A DNA stretch of 63,718 bases, filler included, from Chiloscyllium plagiosum (GCF_004010195.1; 4 parts of one record of this genome joined end to end with filler, not necessarily neighbours in it), one strand, 5' to 3'. Positions 12,211 through 26,056 are shown, counted from the first letter of the whole stretch. Notes: generated from the sequence alone by a model not told the origin. A program made the numbers and translations.

Positions 12211-13977
12211 TGCTTCTGGAAGTGCGATGAGGAGAAATACTAAAAGGTCCTTTTGAATGGGATATATCTTTGTTGTTTGTGCTGCCTCTGTGTTTACATT
12301 TAGTTAAAGCTGAGAAGGAGAAATATTTGACAGAGTAGGGAGTCATGGATCATGGGATACAGACAAGAAACTGTGGCAGAGATCACAACCAGTTCCGCCA
12401 TGATCTTCGTGCCTCATGGATATACCACCAGTTGTCCAATGACCGATTCCTGCTCCTCAGTTCTCCATTCCTATGTTCCATTCAGCTTCTCAAATTTGGT
12501 AGATGGAAGCAGTTGGAGGCCACTACTCCGAAGACCTATTGCATGGTAACAGGAAAGACATTTCGACCCTTCATGAACGTCACACACTGTTCTTGGAGAT
12601 TGACAAACTGTGATTGGAAATATTAAACTGGTATGAAAAAGGCTCCTCATTTATCTCGGTATACAGATTCCCCTCTCTCCAAATTTGCTTCGTTTGCTGG
12701 TCAAGTTTTAGGCACGGATTCACGTGATTCATCATCATCAAGTGATGATTCACGAGATCCTGTCGTCTCCCCAACTGCAACTTTCAGTGAAAGAATCTGC
12801 TAGAAAACAAAAGCCATTGACTTTCCAATGACTGAATGTGAGAGCATTTCATTTCATTCATGCCACCACACCACACCCATTCCACCGCAAGCCTGCCTTG
12901 CCCTTCATTAAGATCATGGTTAATCTGCTTTCCATCTCAAGTCATCGTGATTTCCCAATTTTTCACAGCCCTCTACTCTCTGGCAGATCAAATGAATTTT
13001 TTTTGAAAATGTTTTCATTGATCTGGGTGCCCCCAACACTTAAGGAGAGAGAATTACTGACATTCTCTGCTCCAACATTATTATGTACTGACAGAAAACG
13101 GGTGAACACAAAGGCTCAGGTAAGTGTGACGGGCCCTGACATTCAGGCAGAGCTTAACTGAGGATGACATCATGTAGCTGAACGGAACTTGTACTTAACA
13201 GAATCAGTGCAAACTGCCCACTTTTTGGAGTTATTTGTAGCACAAATGAAGATGTTGTGTTTCGTGGATGTGCATTATGTCAACCAATGGACATGTCTGC
13301 AAGAGATCATCAGGGTAGCTTCCTCAGCACAAACAGGTTCTGCTGCTTCATCAATATCTTGTTTCACCATCATAGGATCTGAAAGAGGGATGGTCACTCA
13401 ACGTCACACAATGTTCAGAACGGTTTGTCACCTCATCGCTCCTGAAGCAGTCTGTGCCCCTATCCAATAGGAGCTGGGCAGCATCCAAGACTGTTCTGTC
13501 ATAGTGCACGTTACATTCATGTAACATGACTACGAGACACATCTCAGTTCCACAAATAAAAATGAAGAGATTATTCTGTACCTCGCGCTGTCTTGACAGT
13601 AATATGCGAAAGCCATTGCGCCCATTGGAATGATTGGACGAGAACAGAGGTAGCATATTTAGTGCATCTAAACTGTTACACAGGAAAACTTGGAGTCTAG
13701 TCTTCTGGATCACAACTGAGGCTCTCGAAAATAGATCAAGGAGCTAACCTAAATCTTAACGTTTTCTTATTTTAAAAACAAGTGAATGTTAAATCGTCTG
13801 ATCCAGATACGACGTGACTTGTAAAACTACTCGAGATTAAGCAAAACACAATTTGTTTCAAAAGTTTCGATAAAATGCAACCAAATGAAGAGGAATTTAG
13901 AATAACCTTACTCCGGTGGAAATCTTAACAGAATAATAATTGCAGTAATTATTACGAATTAACGGTTCCTGTCGAGT

Positions 13978-14140
13978 AGATTAGATTCCTTAAAATGTAG
14001 ATACGAGCCCTCCGGCCCAACACGTCCACACTGATCGTTCAAAAAACAACTCACCCAGACCCATTTCTGTCTGATCAATGCACCTAACGCGTGGGCAATT
14101 TAGCATGAGCAACTGAACTAACCTGCACATCTTTGGACTC
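13978..14140 (-). mobile_element. HE1-type V-SINE, 3' part
   Basis: gggcaatttagcatg...aacctgcacatctttggact matches the fuller copies at 16540 and 20010. Confidence 0.75.
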
Positions 14141-14339
14141 CATCATTCTCACAGTTTTAGCATCGTGCTGTAACTTATGATAGTTGGACCTTGTAATTAC
14201 ACAGTCTGTGAAAATAGCAGGGCATTTTTAATTTAACTTCTCAGTTTCCTGGTCCTTCTTTAGTTTCTCCACAACAATGGACGTTACTTCAATTTGGATA
14301 CTGCTAGGCCATTTCCAAGAAATTGTAGATCTCGTTTAA

Positions 14340-15070
14340 GATATCTTCAACGAAACCCATGAGGGGGATAGAGAAGTTGAAAGGCTCCAGTGCTTTCACT
14401 ACAAAAAAGTAGTCCAGATGTAGGAACATTGCTGTTGGATCAGAAAAATAAGTACTGGGAGGACGGGTGTAGGAAAACAGGATAACCCAGTTAAATGTGC
14501 TGAAGTGGTAAACGAAAGCACAGTTGAGTCTAAAAAGCTACATCAGAAGGTCCAAAGTTGGGGAAGGAACAAGTACGATTTATGCAAAAAGGTAAGTTTT
14601 ACTGGCAGAGGCCTGCAAGAACAGGTTTCAGTATAGGTTAGACGGCATAATGTCAATTTTGATGTTGATATATGAGGAAATTTGTATCTCTGAAGGATTA
14701 TTGACAGGAAAAAAATGTGCGACAACGTGGAATTTATGGTGAGAATCTTTTGCTCAGTTATGTAGAGTGAGGAGACAGTTTCAAGTGATAATTGGAGAAC
14801 TGGTTGTCTGCGCATTGGAAGAACGCTCGGATAGGGTAATATATTCATATGTACAGGATGAATTTGCACAGATAGGCTGGATGGTGATATGTTGGAGGAA
14901 ATAACCTGCTGCAGGATAGGCTGGACGAATGCTTTAAGGACTGGTGAAGGTTACAGTGATATGATGTAGAAGCTGGAGGAAGTGTTATGATGGGGAGGTT
15001 GATCGGGGCTCGGGAATGTGAAAGTCAGTGTGAGCTGTAGATAGTGAACAACGTGGCAGAGATAAGGACT
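14340..15070. repeat. Degenerate purine-rich low-complexity/satellite-like tract
   Basis: Recurrent ggtt(a/g)cag(a/t)gatag-like motifs and strand-biased G/A content; similar in character to 28150-28990. Confidence 0.45.
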
Positions 15071-16539
15071 TTCTAGTGTTTTGAGGGAAATTGACTGACA
15101 ATAACTCTGTCAGCTTCAATGTCATTGTGGAACGAGATAAGGTTAGTTAATTGTCTAAAGTTGGGCAATGCCCCACGACATTAGATTACCAGTAACAGTT
15201 GGAACTAATACCAAAATAAGAAAGGATCGGGCAAAGATAGACGAGGGGAGGAGTTACCCGCAGTTGCGCCCATACTCCCAATTTGGGAGTATTTTAAAGT
15301 GAAACAGTAAGAATTCAGGCCCAGTTTGTTCCGTGAAGATTGAATGGAAAAGGCAGAAAATCCAGTGAATACTGACAACGCAATATCAGTAATTTGACAA
15401 AGAAAGTACAGTGTGATAAAAGCAGGCGACGCCCTTCAAAAATATGAAGAATTAAAGGAGCATAAAAATGAATGGCAAAGCAAGATTACGAAAAATCTGA
15501 GGCAGATACTATTGCAGAAAATCACCAGTTATTTAATAAGTATAGTTAGAGTAAGAGGATTCACAGGCAAATGCTGGGGCCTGTTACAAACCAAAGGGAC
15601 GATCTGTGCATGGAGCCAGAAGAAGTAGTTGTGGTCTTAAATGAGTACTTCTCATCTGTTTTCATACAGGCGGTGGTTTCAGTTGGATGGTGAGGTTCCA
15701 GAACATTTTCAAATCAATAAGGAGGAGATATTAGATGCTTTCGCAGGCATAAACCTGGAGAAATCAACATTGCCCAATCAAACGTATCTCACGCTACGAT
15801 GGGAGGTAACAGAAGAAATCACGAGGGTGCTGGCAGGTAAATTGACAACTTTTCTGGCCACAAGTAAAGTGCCATGTAGCTGGACGATAGCTAAAGTATA
15901 TTTTTTGCTCAAGAAGGACAGCAGGGATAGACGAGGTAAGACTGACGACTGAGGGGGAAGACTATTGGAAAATATTCGGATGGACAGAATAAATGATTAT
16001 TTGGAAAGGTAAGGAAAAATTCGAGGCAGCACGCATTTGTTGGAGAGAGTTCATGTTTGATGAATTCGGTTGACTATTTGAAATTATGTCTAAAATACAT
16101 GAGGGCAATGCAAGATGATGTTGTTTGCATGGACTTCAGTAAGGCTTTTGACCGGTTCTCACATGGTATGCTGTTCCAAAAGTTAAGAGCCAATGGGATG
16201 TAAAGGGCCTTGGCAAACAGTACCTGTATTGGTGAACGGTTGTTTTTGAAATCGGAAACGTTCGACAAGCGGTGTATCACAAGGATCTGTGCAGGAACCA
16301 TTACTGCTTATTACGTATATTAATAATTTGGCTATGAAAGCAGAATGTACCCTTAGTAGGTTTGAAGATGACGTGAAAGTTGGGATGTTGTCCATAGTGA
16401 GGCGGATGGTGTCAGGCTACAGTCTGATATCGATCAGATGAAAAACTGAGCAGAGTAATGGCAGACGGAATTTCATCCGTTGAGTTTGAGTTAATGCACC
16501 GTAGACGGTATGATAAGTTAGCGATTTACATAAGACGAG

Positions 16540-16852
16540 ATTAGATTATTACAGTGTGGAAACAGGCCCTTTGGCCCAACAGGTCCACACCGATCCACCG
16601 AAGCGAACCCCTCCCAGACCCATTCCCCTACATTTACCCCTTCACCGAATTCTATGGGCAATCTAGCATTGACATTGCACCTAACATGCACGTTTTTGGA
16701 TTGTGGGAGGAAACCGGATCACCAGGAGGAAACCCACGCAGACACCGTGAGAATGTGCAAACTCCACACAGTCAGTCGCCTGAGGCGGGAATTGAACGCG
16801 GGTCTCTGGCGCTGTGATGCAGCACTGCTAACCAATGTGCCACTGTGCCACC
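16540..16852 (-). mobile_element. HE1-type tRNA-derived V-SINE
   Basis: The minus strand begins gggtggcacagtggcaca (A-box-like), has a B-box-like gttcaattcc and the V-domain tgtggagtttgcacattctc..gggtttcctcc. Confidence 0.9.
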
Positions 16853-16875
16853 CGTGGACAGTAGGTCACTGAGGA

Positions 16876-16970
16876 GTTGATTATAGTGTTGCTGATAAAG
16901 CACAGCAGGTCAGGCAGCATCCGATGAGCAGGAAAATCGACGTTGCGGGCAGATGCCCTTCAACAGGAAT
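16876..16970 (-). mobile_element. Short Neptune-type terminal-repeat insertion with 8-bp TSD
   Basis: Flanked by actgagga (16868-16875 and 16971-16978); mutated hammerhead-like core CTGTTGA-A-GGGC-ATCT-GCCC-GCAA-CGTC. Confidence 0.75.
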
Positions 16971-17623
16971 ACTGAGGAATACTGATGGACACAGGGAACT
17001 TGGTGGACAAGTTCACTGATCCCTGAAGGTGACAGCACAAATTGAGAGTATGCTGAAGACACCTGGACTGGGTGGACAGGGACTAACAACCTCATGAGGT
17101 GAACTTCCAGAGCAATGTGAGAGAACCTAACTAGTCTGGTAGGGGATTGGGACCCTAAGGAGTCATACGTCCAGAAAGAAGGTTGACTCGGTTATAGAAG
17201 TTCAAGAGGGCAATTTGAGTAGACAAGGCAGACAAGGACACAGCAGGCAATGAGGAAACCCGATTAATTAACTTACATTTGTTTCAATGCAAGAGATCTG
17301 ACAGGTAAATCAGGTGAAATTAAGGCTTGAATGGGATTAGGATATCACAGGAATTATAGAAACACAATTAAGGGAGGGCCAGGACTGGCAGCTGAATGTT
17401 CCGGGGGCAGCTGCTATAGCAAGAAAACACTGGGAGGCAAATCACGAGAGGGAGTCATGGTTTTGATTAGGGAAAGCTTCAGAACAGTACTTTGAGAGCA
17501 TATCCCTGCGGGGTCACCGAGTAAAGCTATATTATTGAAGTGGAATAATAAGAATGGGTCTTCACTTTAATACGTTTATACTACAGTTCTCCAATATTCT
17601 GTGGAAGATTATGATGCAAATAT

Positions 17624-19015
17624 TTTGGATGTAGGGTCGCTGAGCTGAAAGCCTCATTTTCAGACGTTTCGTTACCTTACTAGGTCTCAGCTTCAGTGGA
17701 CCTCATGTGAAACAATGCTGAAAATTTCTGCTTTATATTTAAATGTTTGGTTTCTTTAGGTTGGTTATGTCAATTGCTGTGGGTGATGTTATTTCCTGTA
17801 GTGAAGTCACTTCCTGTTCCTTTTCTCATGGGGTGGTAGATGGGGTCTAACTCGATGTGTTTGTTGATAGAGTTCCAGTTGGAATGCCATGCTTCTAGGA
17901 ATTCTCGAAGTGGTGTCCTTCATCATCCATATGTGAGAATACCATTGTGACAGGGTCATGTCTTTTTGTGGCTCGTTGGTATTCATGTATTCTGGTGGCT
18001 AGTTTTCTACCCGTTTGTCCAATGTAGTGTTCGTTACAGTCCTCGTACAGTATTTTGTAAATGAAATTAGTTTTGATTATTGTCTGTATAGGCTCTCTCA
18101 TATTCATTGGCTGCTGTTTTATTTTGTTTGTGGATTTGTGGGCTTCCATGATGCCAAAGGGTCTGAGCAGTCTGGCAGTCATTTACGAGATGTCATCGAT
18201 GCAGGAGAGAGTGGCTCGGGTTTCTGGACGTGTATTGTCTGCTTATTTGGGATTGTTGCTGAGACTATTCAAAAAGAATGTGTACCCAATGAACACAGTC
18301 GGCCGGTTTCCCAGCAACAAAACCAAACCAGTAGTCAAAACACGTCCAGAAACGCTAGTCACTCTCCTCTACATCAAATACACCACGGAAATTACTGCCA
18401 GATTGCTCAGACCACTTGGCATCATGACAGTCCACAAACCCACCAACAGCAACGAATGAACTTGAAATAGCCCATACAGACAATGAGCAAAACTAATGTC
18501 ATTTACAAAATGCCATGCAATGACTGTAACAAACACTACACTGGACAAACAGCAGAACAAAAAAAAGCACCAGGATCAACTAGTCATAAAAAAGACATGA
18601 CCCTCTCTCACTAGTATCATCGGATGTGGAAGGACAACACTTCGACTGGGGCAATACATCCATTGTAGGACAAGCCAAACAAAAATACGCACGAGAATTC
18701 CTTGAAGCTTGGCATTTCAACCGGAACTCTATCAACAAACACATCGAGTTAGACCCCATTTCCCACCCCCTGATAAAAGGAACAGGAAGTGACTTCACTG
18801 CAGGAAATAGCATCACCGCAGAATAAGACATCACTAAACCAAAGAAACCCAAACATATGAAGAGAAAGCAAGTATTTTCAGCATTACTTCTCGTGAGGAT
18901 CACTGAAGATGTTACCTTGTAAGATAAGGAAACGTCTGGAAATGAATCTTTCAGTTCAGCGAGCAAACCTACATGCAAAGCCTCAACGTGAGCTACAAAT
19001 CTTCTCAAAACTCGC
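17624..19015. mobile_element. Penelope-like element, inverted pair (minus copy about 17624-18260, plus copy about 18260-19015), GIY-YIG remnants
   Basis: ORFs IYKILYEDCNEHYIGQTGRKLATRIHEY and AREFLEAWHFNRNSINKH. Diverged 14-bp TSD tatgatgcaaatat (17610-17623) / tatggtgtaaatat (19016-19029). The flanking CR1 resumes after it. Confidence 0.9.
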
Positions 19016-19029
19016 TATGGTGTAAATAT

Positions 19030-21700
19030 GTCTGGAGATCTCAGCTACCCGTTCGAAAAATAGCGTTATAATGGAAGGGGATTATAACATGCCAAACCAA
19101 GATTGTGACTGCCATCGTTTTGAATGGGAGGATCGATTTTTGACTGTATTCCAACAACCTTTCTCAATCAAAATACAGATGTCTGGACTGGAGAATGAGC
19201 AAACCTTGATTTCCTCTTGGGAACCAAGATAAAGCAGGGGACTGAAGTATTCATGCGGAGTTGGTTTTCAAAGTGAGTTACATTTTATCGGTTTCAGTGT
19301 AGTTATGGAAATGGACACGTCTATTCCACAAGGTAAGGTTTTAAATTGTGGCACGACCAATCTTGATAGTATTAGACATTAACTTTCAACTGTAGATTGG
19401 TGAATCTACTTGGAGGTAAAGGGAAGTCTGGAATGTCGCAATGATAAAGACAGTGAGATAAAATAAGCATTCTGGGCCAGCATTTTCCTGATAATGTGAA
19501 GGTTAATGCTGGCAGAATTATAAAACGCTGGCTGTCTATTCAGGGTGTCGTAAGAAAAATGGGGAATTGTGAAGTATGAATCCCTCACGAACCTAGCGGC
19601 TGTAGGAATACACTTTTCATGGAAATCAGCCATACAAAAAGTGGACATGAAATACATTTTGTCAGGAAGGTGAAGGAGAAAACAAAGAGATTTGCAAGAT
19701 TTTTCGGAACTAAAGAATAACTGAAGAGGAAATAGGGACCGTTAATAATCAACAACGTAATTGAAGCGTCGAACGACAAGACCCTAAACAAAAAAAATCA
19801 CTTCAGAACGTACTGTAGTGAAAGCCTGGAAATCTCATGGAATTAAACAGTAAATGTTCAGACCACGATTGGACTACAGTGTGCAATATTGATCTCTCTG
19901 CCAGAGGAAAGATGTTGTGGAACACGAATATGTTCAGAAAAGATTATCAACGACGTTGGCAGGGTTGGAGCGTTTGACCTATAGGCAGAGGTTGATTAGT
20001 TTTTTTTTTAGATTACATTACAGCGTGGAAACAGGCCCTTCGGCCGAACAAGTCCACACCGACCCGCCACCCAGCCATGCCCTTACATTTACCCCTTACA
20101 TAACACTACGGGCAATTTAGCAAGGCCAATTCACCTAACCTGCACATCTTTGGACTGTGTGAGGAAACCGGAGCACCCGGAGGAAACCCACGCAGACACG
20201 GGGAGAACGTGCAAACTCCACACAGTCAGTCGCCTGAGGCGGGAATTGAACCCGGGTCTCAGGCGCTGTGAGGCAGCAGTGCTAACCACTGTGCCACCCA
20301 TAAGGTTGTGGATACTTTCATTGAAACTTTGGAGACTGAGGAGTTAGCTTATAAAGACTTTTTTTCTAAAATCGTAAGTGGGATGGTTGAATAAAGAGAT
20401 ATTTTTACAGGGTTTGGGGAGTCCAATAGAAGAAGGCAGAATCTTTAAGGTGAGAGGGGAAATATAGGAACGGTACCGAATGGACAATTGCTTCAAGCAG
20501 AGAGTGGTGCATACATGGGATGTGCTGCCAGAGGAAGTCATGAAAGCTGATAGAAATACATTTAAAAGGAATCTACATCGGCCTATATATAGGAAGTGTT
20601 GAGAGAAGTATGGACACAATTCTGGCACATGGCACTGGATCAATGATTCTGATTCTGTGCTGTTGATCTCTGTGATTCTCTGCCTTGAAGTAAGTCCACG
20701 TTACGGAAGAGGAGATGTTGGAGCTTTTAAAACGCAAAAACATCGCCAGGACCTGATGAACGATATCTTAGGACATTGTGGGAAGCTAGAACAGAAAATG
20801 AGAGGTCTAATGAAGAAATATTTTTAATATTGACAGCCATGAGTGATGTGCTAGAAGACTGAAGAGTTACATGTTTGCTAACGAAGGAGGTTTTCTAACA
20901 TGTTAAAGGTTTCATGATGAAATGGCTGGAAGTTCAATCTGGACAAATGGGAATTTTTCATTTTGTTACAATAAACATTGGTGGAATTCGAACAATTAAT
21001 GGCAGAACCTTCAGTAGTGCTGTTGAATAGAGCGATCTTGGGGTTCAGGGGTATGCTTCTTTGAAGTTTTCATCATGAATAGACAGGTCAGTTAAAGACG
21101 TCCTGGGTAAGTTTAGCTTCATTGCTCATCCTATTGAATATAGGATGTTGGAAGTCGTGTTGAAATTGTTGACGTCACTTCTGGATTGATGTATCTGATC
21201 CTCGTCGCCCGGTTATAGGAAGGATATTTACTATGATGGAGAGGGTTCAGAAGAGATTTACCAGAATTTTGCTGGGCATGAAACATTTCCATTTTAAAGG
21301 ATAATGGAGCACTCTTTCAATACCCGATAGGCTAGGAATCTTATAACAGTGTATATAATAATGGGGAATACAGACAGAGTTAATGATATTTGTCTTTTCT
21401 CGAGACTGGGCGAGTTTCGAGACAACAGGCCATGTTTTTTGTAAGGTTAGAAAACAGCGATTTAAGAGAAAAAGACATGGCGGGAAATTGTTACACAGAG
21501 GATGGTTGGTGTGTGCAATTAACTTCCCGAGGAAGGGGTGAATGTGGTTGCAATTATAACATTTAAGAGACATTAGTTAAGTGCGTGAATACGAAAAGTT
21601 TGGAGGGATATGGTACACAAACAGGCTGGTTGAAGGTGTTTAGTTTTAGATTGTAGTCGTCATCGACCAAATGGGTAGTTCTGCGCTATATGACTCGATG
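19030..21700 (+). mobile_element. Successive decayed CR1 ORF2 fragments
   Basis: APE remnants (GDYNMP, LDFLLG), LEYCVQ-type and FTRILLG motifs; 3' tails near 20680 and 21695. Confidence 0.75.
20010..20300 (-). mobile_element. HE1-type tRNA-derived V-SINE, well preserved
   Basis: Minus strand gggtggcacagtggttagcactgctgcctcacagcgcc..cccgggttcaattcc has Pol III A and B boxes, then the V-domain and an A-rich tail. Confidence 0.93.
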
Positions 21701-22479
21701 CATACGAATAAAATGTTGTGTGATTACTTAACTGAGGCTGCAATGAGAGCCAAGTACCGCAGACGTCAGTGATGGGTAAGTTGTTGGACACAAGAGCTGA
21801 GTGAATGATTAATTTCGCATTCAGAGATAATCCGAGAAACTATGAAATTCAAAGGAATAATTAAATTTTAAAGTGACGACACAAAGGACACGTCATATTT
21901 GGAAACATAAACAAAACCAAATGCACGCATTTGAGAGAAGAACTAACCAAGTTAAGGGGGTAAACAGACTGAGATTCTGTCTGTAAGTGATCACTCGAAA
22001 ACATTTGAGGCAGCAGTGTATAACGTTCAAGAAAAGGAAACTGCAGAAACAGACAAAGCCTCAGCAAGAAAACTCCACCTGACCGTCACTCGGGTCAGGA
22101 AGGATCAGATTCGAAGTAGAAAGGCTCAGACGTTTTCTGGGAAAAAATAATGAAAAAGTCTGTTTTATTAACAGACGAAGCACTACAACCATATGAAAAT
22201 AGACGTTAAAGGGATTGAAAGTGATCTCATAGCAGGACTAGGAAGAGGAAACGTTGTAGGAGTTTAATCCAATGTTTGGAACAGTGAGATTTGGAGATGC
22301 TGAAGATCGTGAGAGTTTTATAGGAAGTGGGAAGGCCCTGAACAATGTTACAAAGCCAGTGTGAATTGCTGCAGCTGGAGGTTTTCACAGACGTAGGGAT
22401 GGAAATATGCACTTACGCATATTAATTCTTACAATGAGTATATTCCTGGATGGAGCAGCAAACATGGTTCACTACTAAT

Positions 22480-22630
22480 TACCCAGCGGCGCCTCAGAGT
22501 CAGCCATGTTGTTGTTTGTCTGGAGTCACATGTAGGCTGTACAAAGTGAGAATGACATTTGCCATTCCCCAAAGGACAGAAGAGAACCGGTTGAACTTTT
22601 CCAGATAATCAACAGTGCCTTTATTGTGGT
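22480..22630 (-). mobile_element. Second SINE-like interspersed repeat family (fragment)
   Basis: cctacatgtgactccagac core shared with the copies at about 49490-49763 and 59410-59660. Confidence 0.6.
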
Positions 22631-23750
22631 CTCACGAATGCCCTATACAGCCACAGAATGACGTCTGAACACTTATTCTTAATGCTCTGACCGATGAAGG
22701 CAAGGGTGCCAAATGCCTACTTCACCAAACTGTCTACTGATAACGCCACGGTCAGTAATCAATGTAACTACAGACCTCATCCTATGTGTCTGGCAGCACT
22801 AGGCAGAACCTTTCAATTAAGGATTTAAGCCTTGCTGTGATTTGTTTTTTTTTCTGTTCAGAATGCAACACCTCGCATTGATCTCAATTAAATTCCATTT
22901 GCTACGCCTCAGGCCACTCGCGCAGATCATCAGCATTCCTTGGAATCTTACATAACCTTCTCCACTATACACTACTCCTAATGAAATTTGCCGATCATGT
23001 CTCCGGTATTCCCATTGAAATTCTACCTATAAACTGGACCCTGCACTGATCCTGTTGAAAACCGTTGGCAATTGCCTTCAATCAGAAAAAAAACCTCTAC
23101 CACCACCCTTGTCACCCTCTGGCAAGCCAGTTTTGTACAGCTCTCCACGGATCCCAAATGATGCAACTTCTCTAATCAGTCTGCCATGCTGAACCTTATG
23201 AAAGGCCTTACTACCTTCATCCATCGTTTGATCCCCCCTCATAAACTTTATCAGATTAATGAGACAGGATTTGCAATGCCGAAAATCATGCTGACTATCT
23301 CTAATCAATCCTTTCATTTCCGAATGTCTGTCGATCCTGTTTCTCAGTATCCCCCCCAAAACATAAAGTTGCTGAGGTCCGTTTTAAAGAAATGTAATTT
23401 TGTTCATTGCCTTGCTGCCATTAAGTGTTGGAATAACATTAGCTGCCCTCTACACTTTCACTACCTTACCCAGATTATCTATAATAAAGATATTGTTGCT
23501 AGGTATGCTGCAGTTTCTTCCGTTGTTTCTCACAATGTCCTGGGACACACCTGATCAGTGCCAGGGATTTTTCTGCGTCTATGTGTTTCATGGCCTTCGA
23601 AATATCCTGTTCTCTATTGCGGCCTCTTTTCAAAACATCGCTCCATTTTTATGCAAGTTCACGATCTTTAATATCATTCCCCACAACAAATACAATAGAA
23701 AATTATTTCTTCAGGACCGTACCCATCTCCTGTGGCCCCACACATAGACA
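22630..23750 (-). mobile_element. CR1 RT fragments
   Basis: ORF GLIRDSQHDF..KSCLINLIKF..SKAFHKV. Confidence 0.8.
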
Positions 23751-25845
23751 GCCTTGTTGATGTATAAAGAAATGTATTGTTTTCCGAGTTATACTTTCGC
23801 CCTTGTTGAAACTTTTCCAAAAGCTTCTGAAACTTGAGATAAAACACCCCCCCGACCATCGCTTCCTTTCACCACCCTTGCCTTTTCTGCCATTTACATC
23901 CACACAAAAATACTTTTCACAGGTCCATTTAAAACAAATCATGTTTATAAAGAACATTCTCTTTTTCAAACTATCTATCGCCCATCTTTTCTCAAGGTTC
24001 AGCTATTGCCTAATGGCATAACAAATATACAGGGTGATTTTGGAGACTTGCTTGAGGAATACGTTTGTCATAGTAGGGGATTCTGATTTTCTGTATGGAG
24101 TCTGGGACTGCCAGAGAATTAAGGGATTAGGTGGGTTGTGGGTTGTTAATAGCGTTCAGGACGGTGTCCTCAAGCAATATCCAAAGGGTTCTACTCGGAA
24201 GGAGCAAAACGCGAGCTGTTCTTGGGAAATAGGGCGGACCGGGTGACTGATTTGAGAATGAGGGAGAACTTTGGGACGATTTACGACAGTTCTATTACAT
24301 TTAAAATAGTTTTCGAGAGGGACAAAACAGCTCCACAGGTTCAAGTTTTAAAATTAGGTCAAGTAGATTTTTCATGGAATTTGACTGGAGCTTGGAAGGG
24401 GTTGATTACGCTGGTTTGTTTGCAAGGAAAGGGACCTCCGGCAAGTAGGTGGCATTTTGCTAACTAGAGTTCAACTTCTATATACCCCTCTGAGGCTGAA
24501 GAGCAAGGTTGGCAGGAACAGCGCACCAAAAATGGAAAGAGATATTGCGGTTTTGATCAGAAGAAAGAGGAGGCCTGGTTCAGGTACAGACAGCTGGGAT
24601 CGAAGTAATTCCTGCAAATATAGAGTGGTTCCAGGACTTTATTGAAGAAGGAAATGCGGACGGCACAAAACCAACATGGGATAAACATGGCTGAGAAGAT
24701 TTGCGGGAATCAAAAAATATTTTTCTTTTCGGTAAATTAAGAAAAAAGAATAACTAAAGAGAGAAAAATGACCCGTCAAGGACTAAAGTGAAGGCATATG
24801 TGTTGAACCGCAGGAGATAGACAATGCCCTCAATGAATATGTTTCCTCCGTATTTACCATGGGAACTTAGGAAAATGAGTGGTCATATCTTGGGGATAGT
24901 CCATATGAGTTATGAAGAGGTGAAGGACGTCTTAAGTGGATGACGTTTACTTGAGACAATTCTGAGATATAAGGTATACATGCATTTGGAAATACAGGGT
25001 TTAATTCGCTGTAGTCGGCTTGCCTTAGTGAGTAGGAGATCATGACTCACAAATTTGTTAGCGTTCTTTGTTGAAGTGTCCAACATGTGTGATGAAGATG
25101 GAGCATTAGACGGAGTCTATATGTATTTCACTGAAGTCCTTGCTACGGTTCCATCTGATAGGCTGTTGCGGAAGATTAGATCGTTTGGAATCGAGGGGGA
25201 GTTGGTAAATTGGATACGCAATTGGCTTAATGGTAGGAACCAGCGGGTAATATTGGAAGGAAGCCTGTGGGAGTCGAAGTCTGTGACTAGTTGTGCGTCT
25301 CGGGGTTCGTTTCTCGGCCCACAACTGTTTGTTATCTAAATCAATATTTTCAATGAGAACTTGCAAGGTAAGCTTGTAATTATTCAGAAGGCACTGAAAT
25401 AGGTGGTTTTATGGACAGTGAGGAAGGTTATCAGAAATTGCAGCAGGACCTTAATGATTCGGGGAAGTGGGGCCAGAAATGATAATTGCTGTCTCACACA
25501 ACTATGTCTGAGGTTTTGCATTTTGAAAATTCAAATCAAGTTCGGAGTTTCATGCTAAGTAGACAGGCTTTAAGGAGTGTAGTGGAACAGAGGCAACTTG
25601 GAGTTCTTTGAAACTGGAGTCAGGAAGACAGGAAAGTGAAGAAGGCTTTAGCGACTCTTTCCTTCATCAGTCACGGCATTGAATTTAGAAGCTGGGAAGT
25701 CAGGCATCAGTTATCCTGGATGTTGGTGATATCGCATTTGTTGCATTGTGTTCAGTTTTGGGCACCTTGCTGCATAAAATATGTTTTAAAAATGGACCGG
25801 GTGCAGACGAAATTTGCAAGGATGGTGGGGACTCAATGGTCTGAG

Positions 25846-26056
25846 GAGAAAGTGAGGTCTGCAGATGCTGGAGATCAAAGTTGAAACTTTATTGCTGGAA
25901 CAGCACAGCAGGTCAGGCAGCATCCAGGGAACAGGAGATTCGACGTTTCGGGCACAGGCCCTTCTTCAGGAAAGAAGGGCCTGTGCCCGAAACGTCGAAT
26001 CTCCTGTTCCCTGGATGCTGCCTGACCTGCTGTGCTGTTCCAGCAATAAAGTTTCA
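25846..26056. mobile_element. Young palindromic insertion made of two inverted Neptune-type Penelope terminal repeats
   Basis: Perfect inverted arms at about 25879-25966 and 25973-26059; flanking direct repeat actcaatggtctgag (25831-25845 and 26057-26071). Confidence 0.92.
25938..25972 (-). ncRNA. Minimal type I hammerhead ribozyme motif (predicted)
   Basis: UUC-CUGAAGA-A-GGGC(CUGU)GCCC-GAAA-CG-UC|GAA: intact core, 4-bp stem II, stem I UUC/GAA and palindromic ACGU in place of stem III. Confidence 0.65.

Larger units (their letters stand above)
15070..17620 (+). mobile_element. Old CR1 fragments interrupted by a SINE (16540-16852) and a Penelope terminal repeat (16876-16970)
   Basis: Remnants of LRWEVTEEI..WTIAKV..KKDSRD, MDFSKAFD and FEDDVK; APE-start motif FNAR near 17280. 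Confidence 0.8.

Noticed and set aside
20240..20300. tRNA gene suggested by A/B boxes (also in the other SINE heads)
   Set aside because: The boxes are the tRNA-derived head of V-SINEs and continue into the SINE body.
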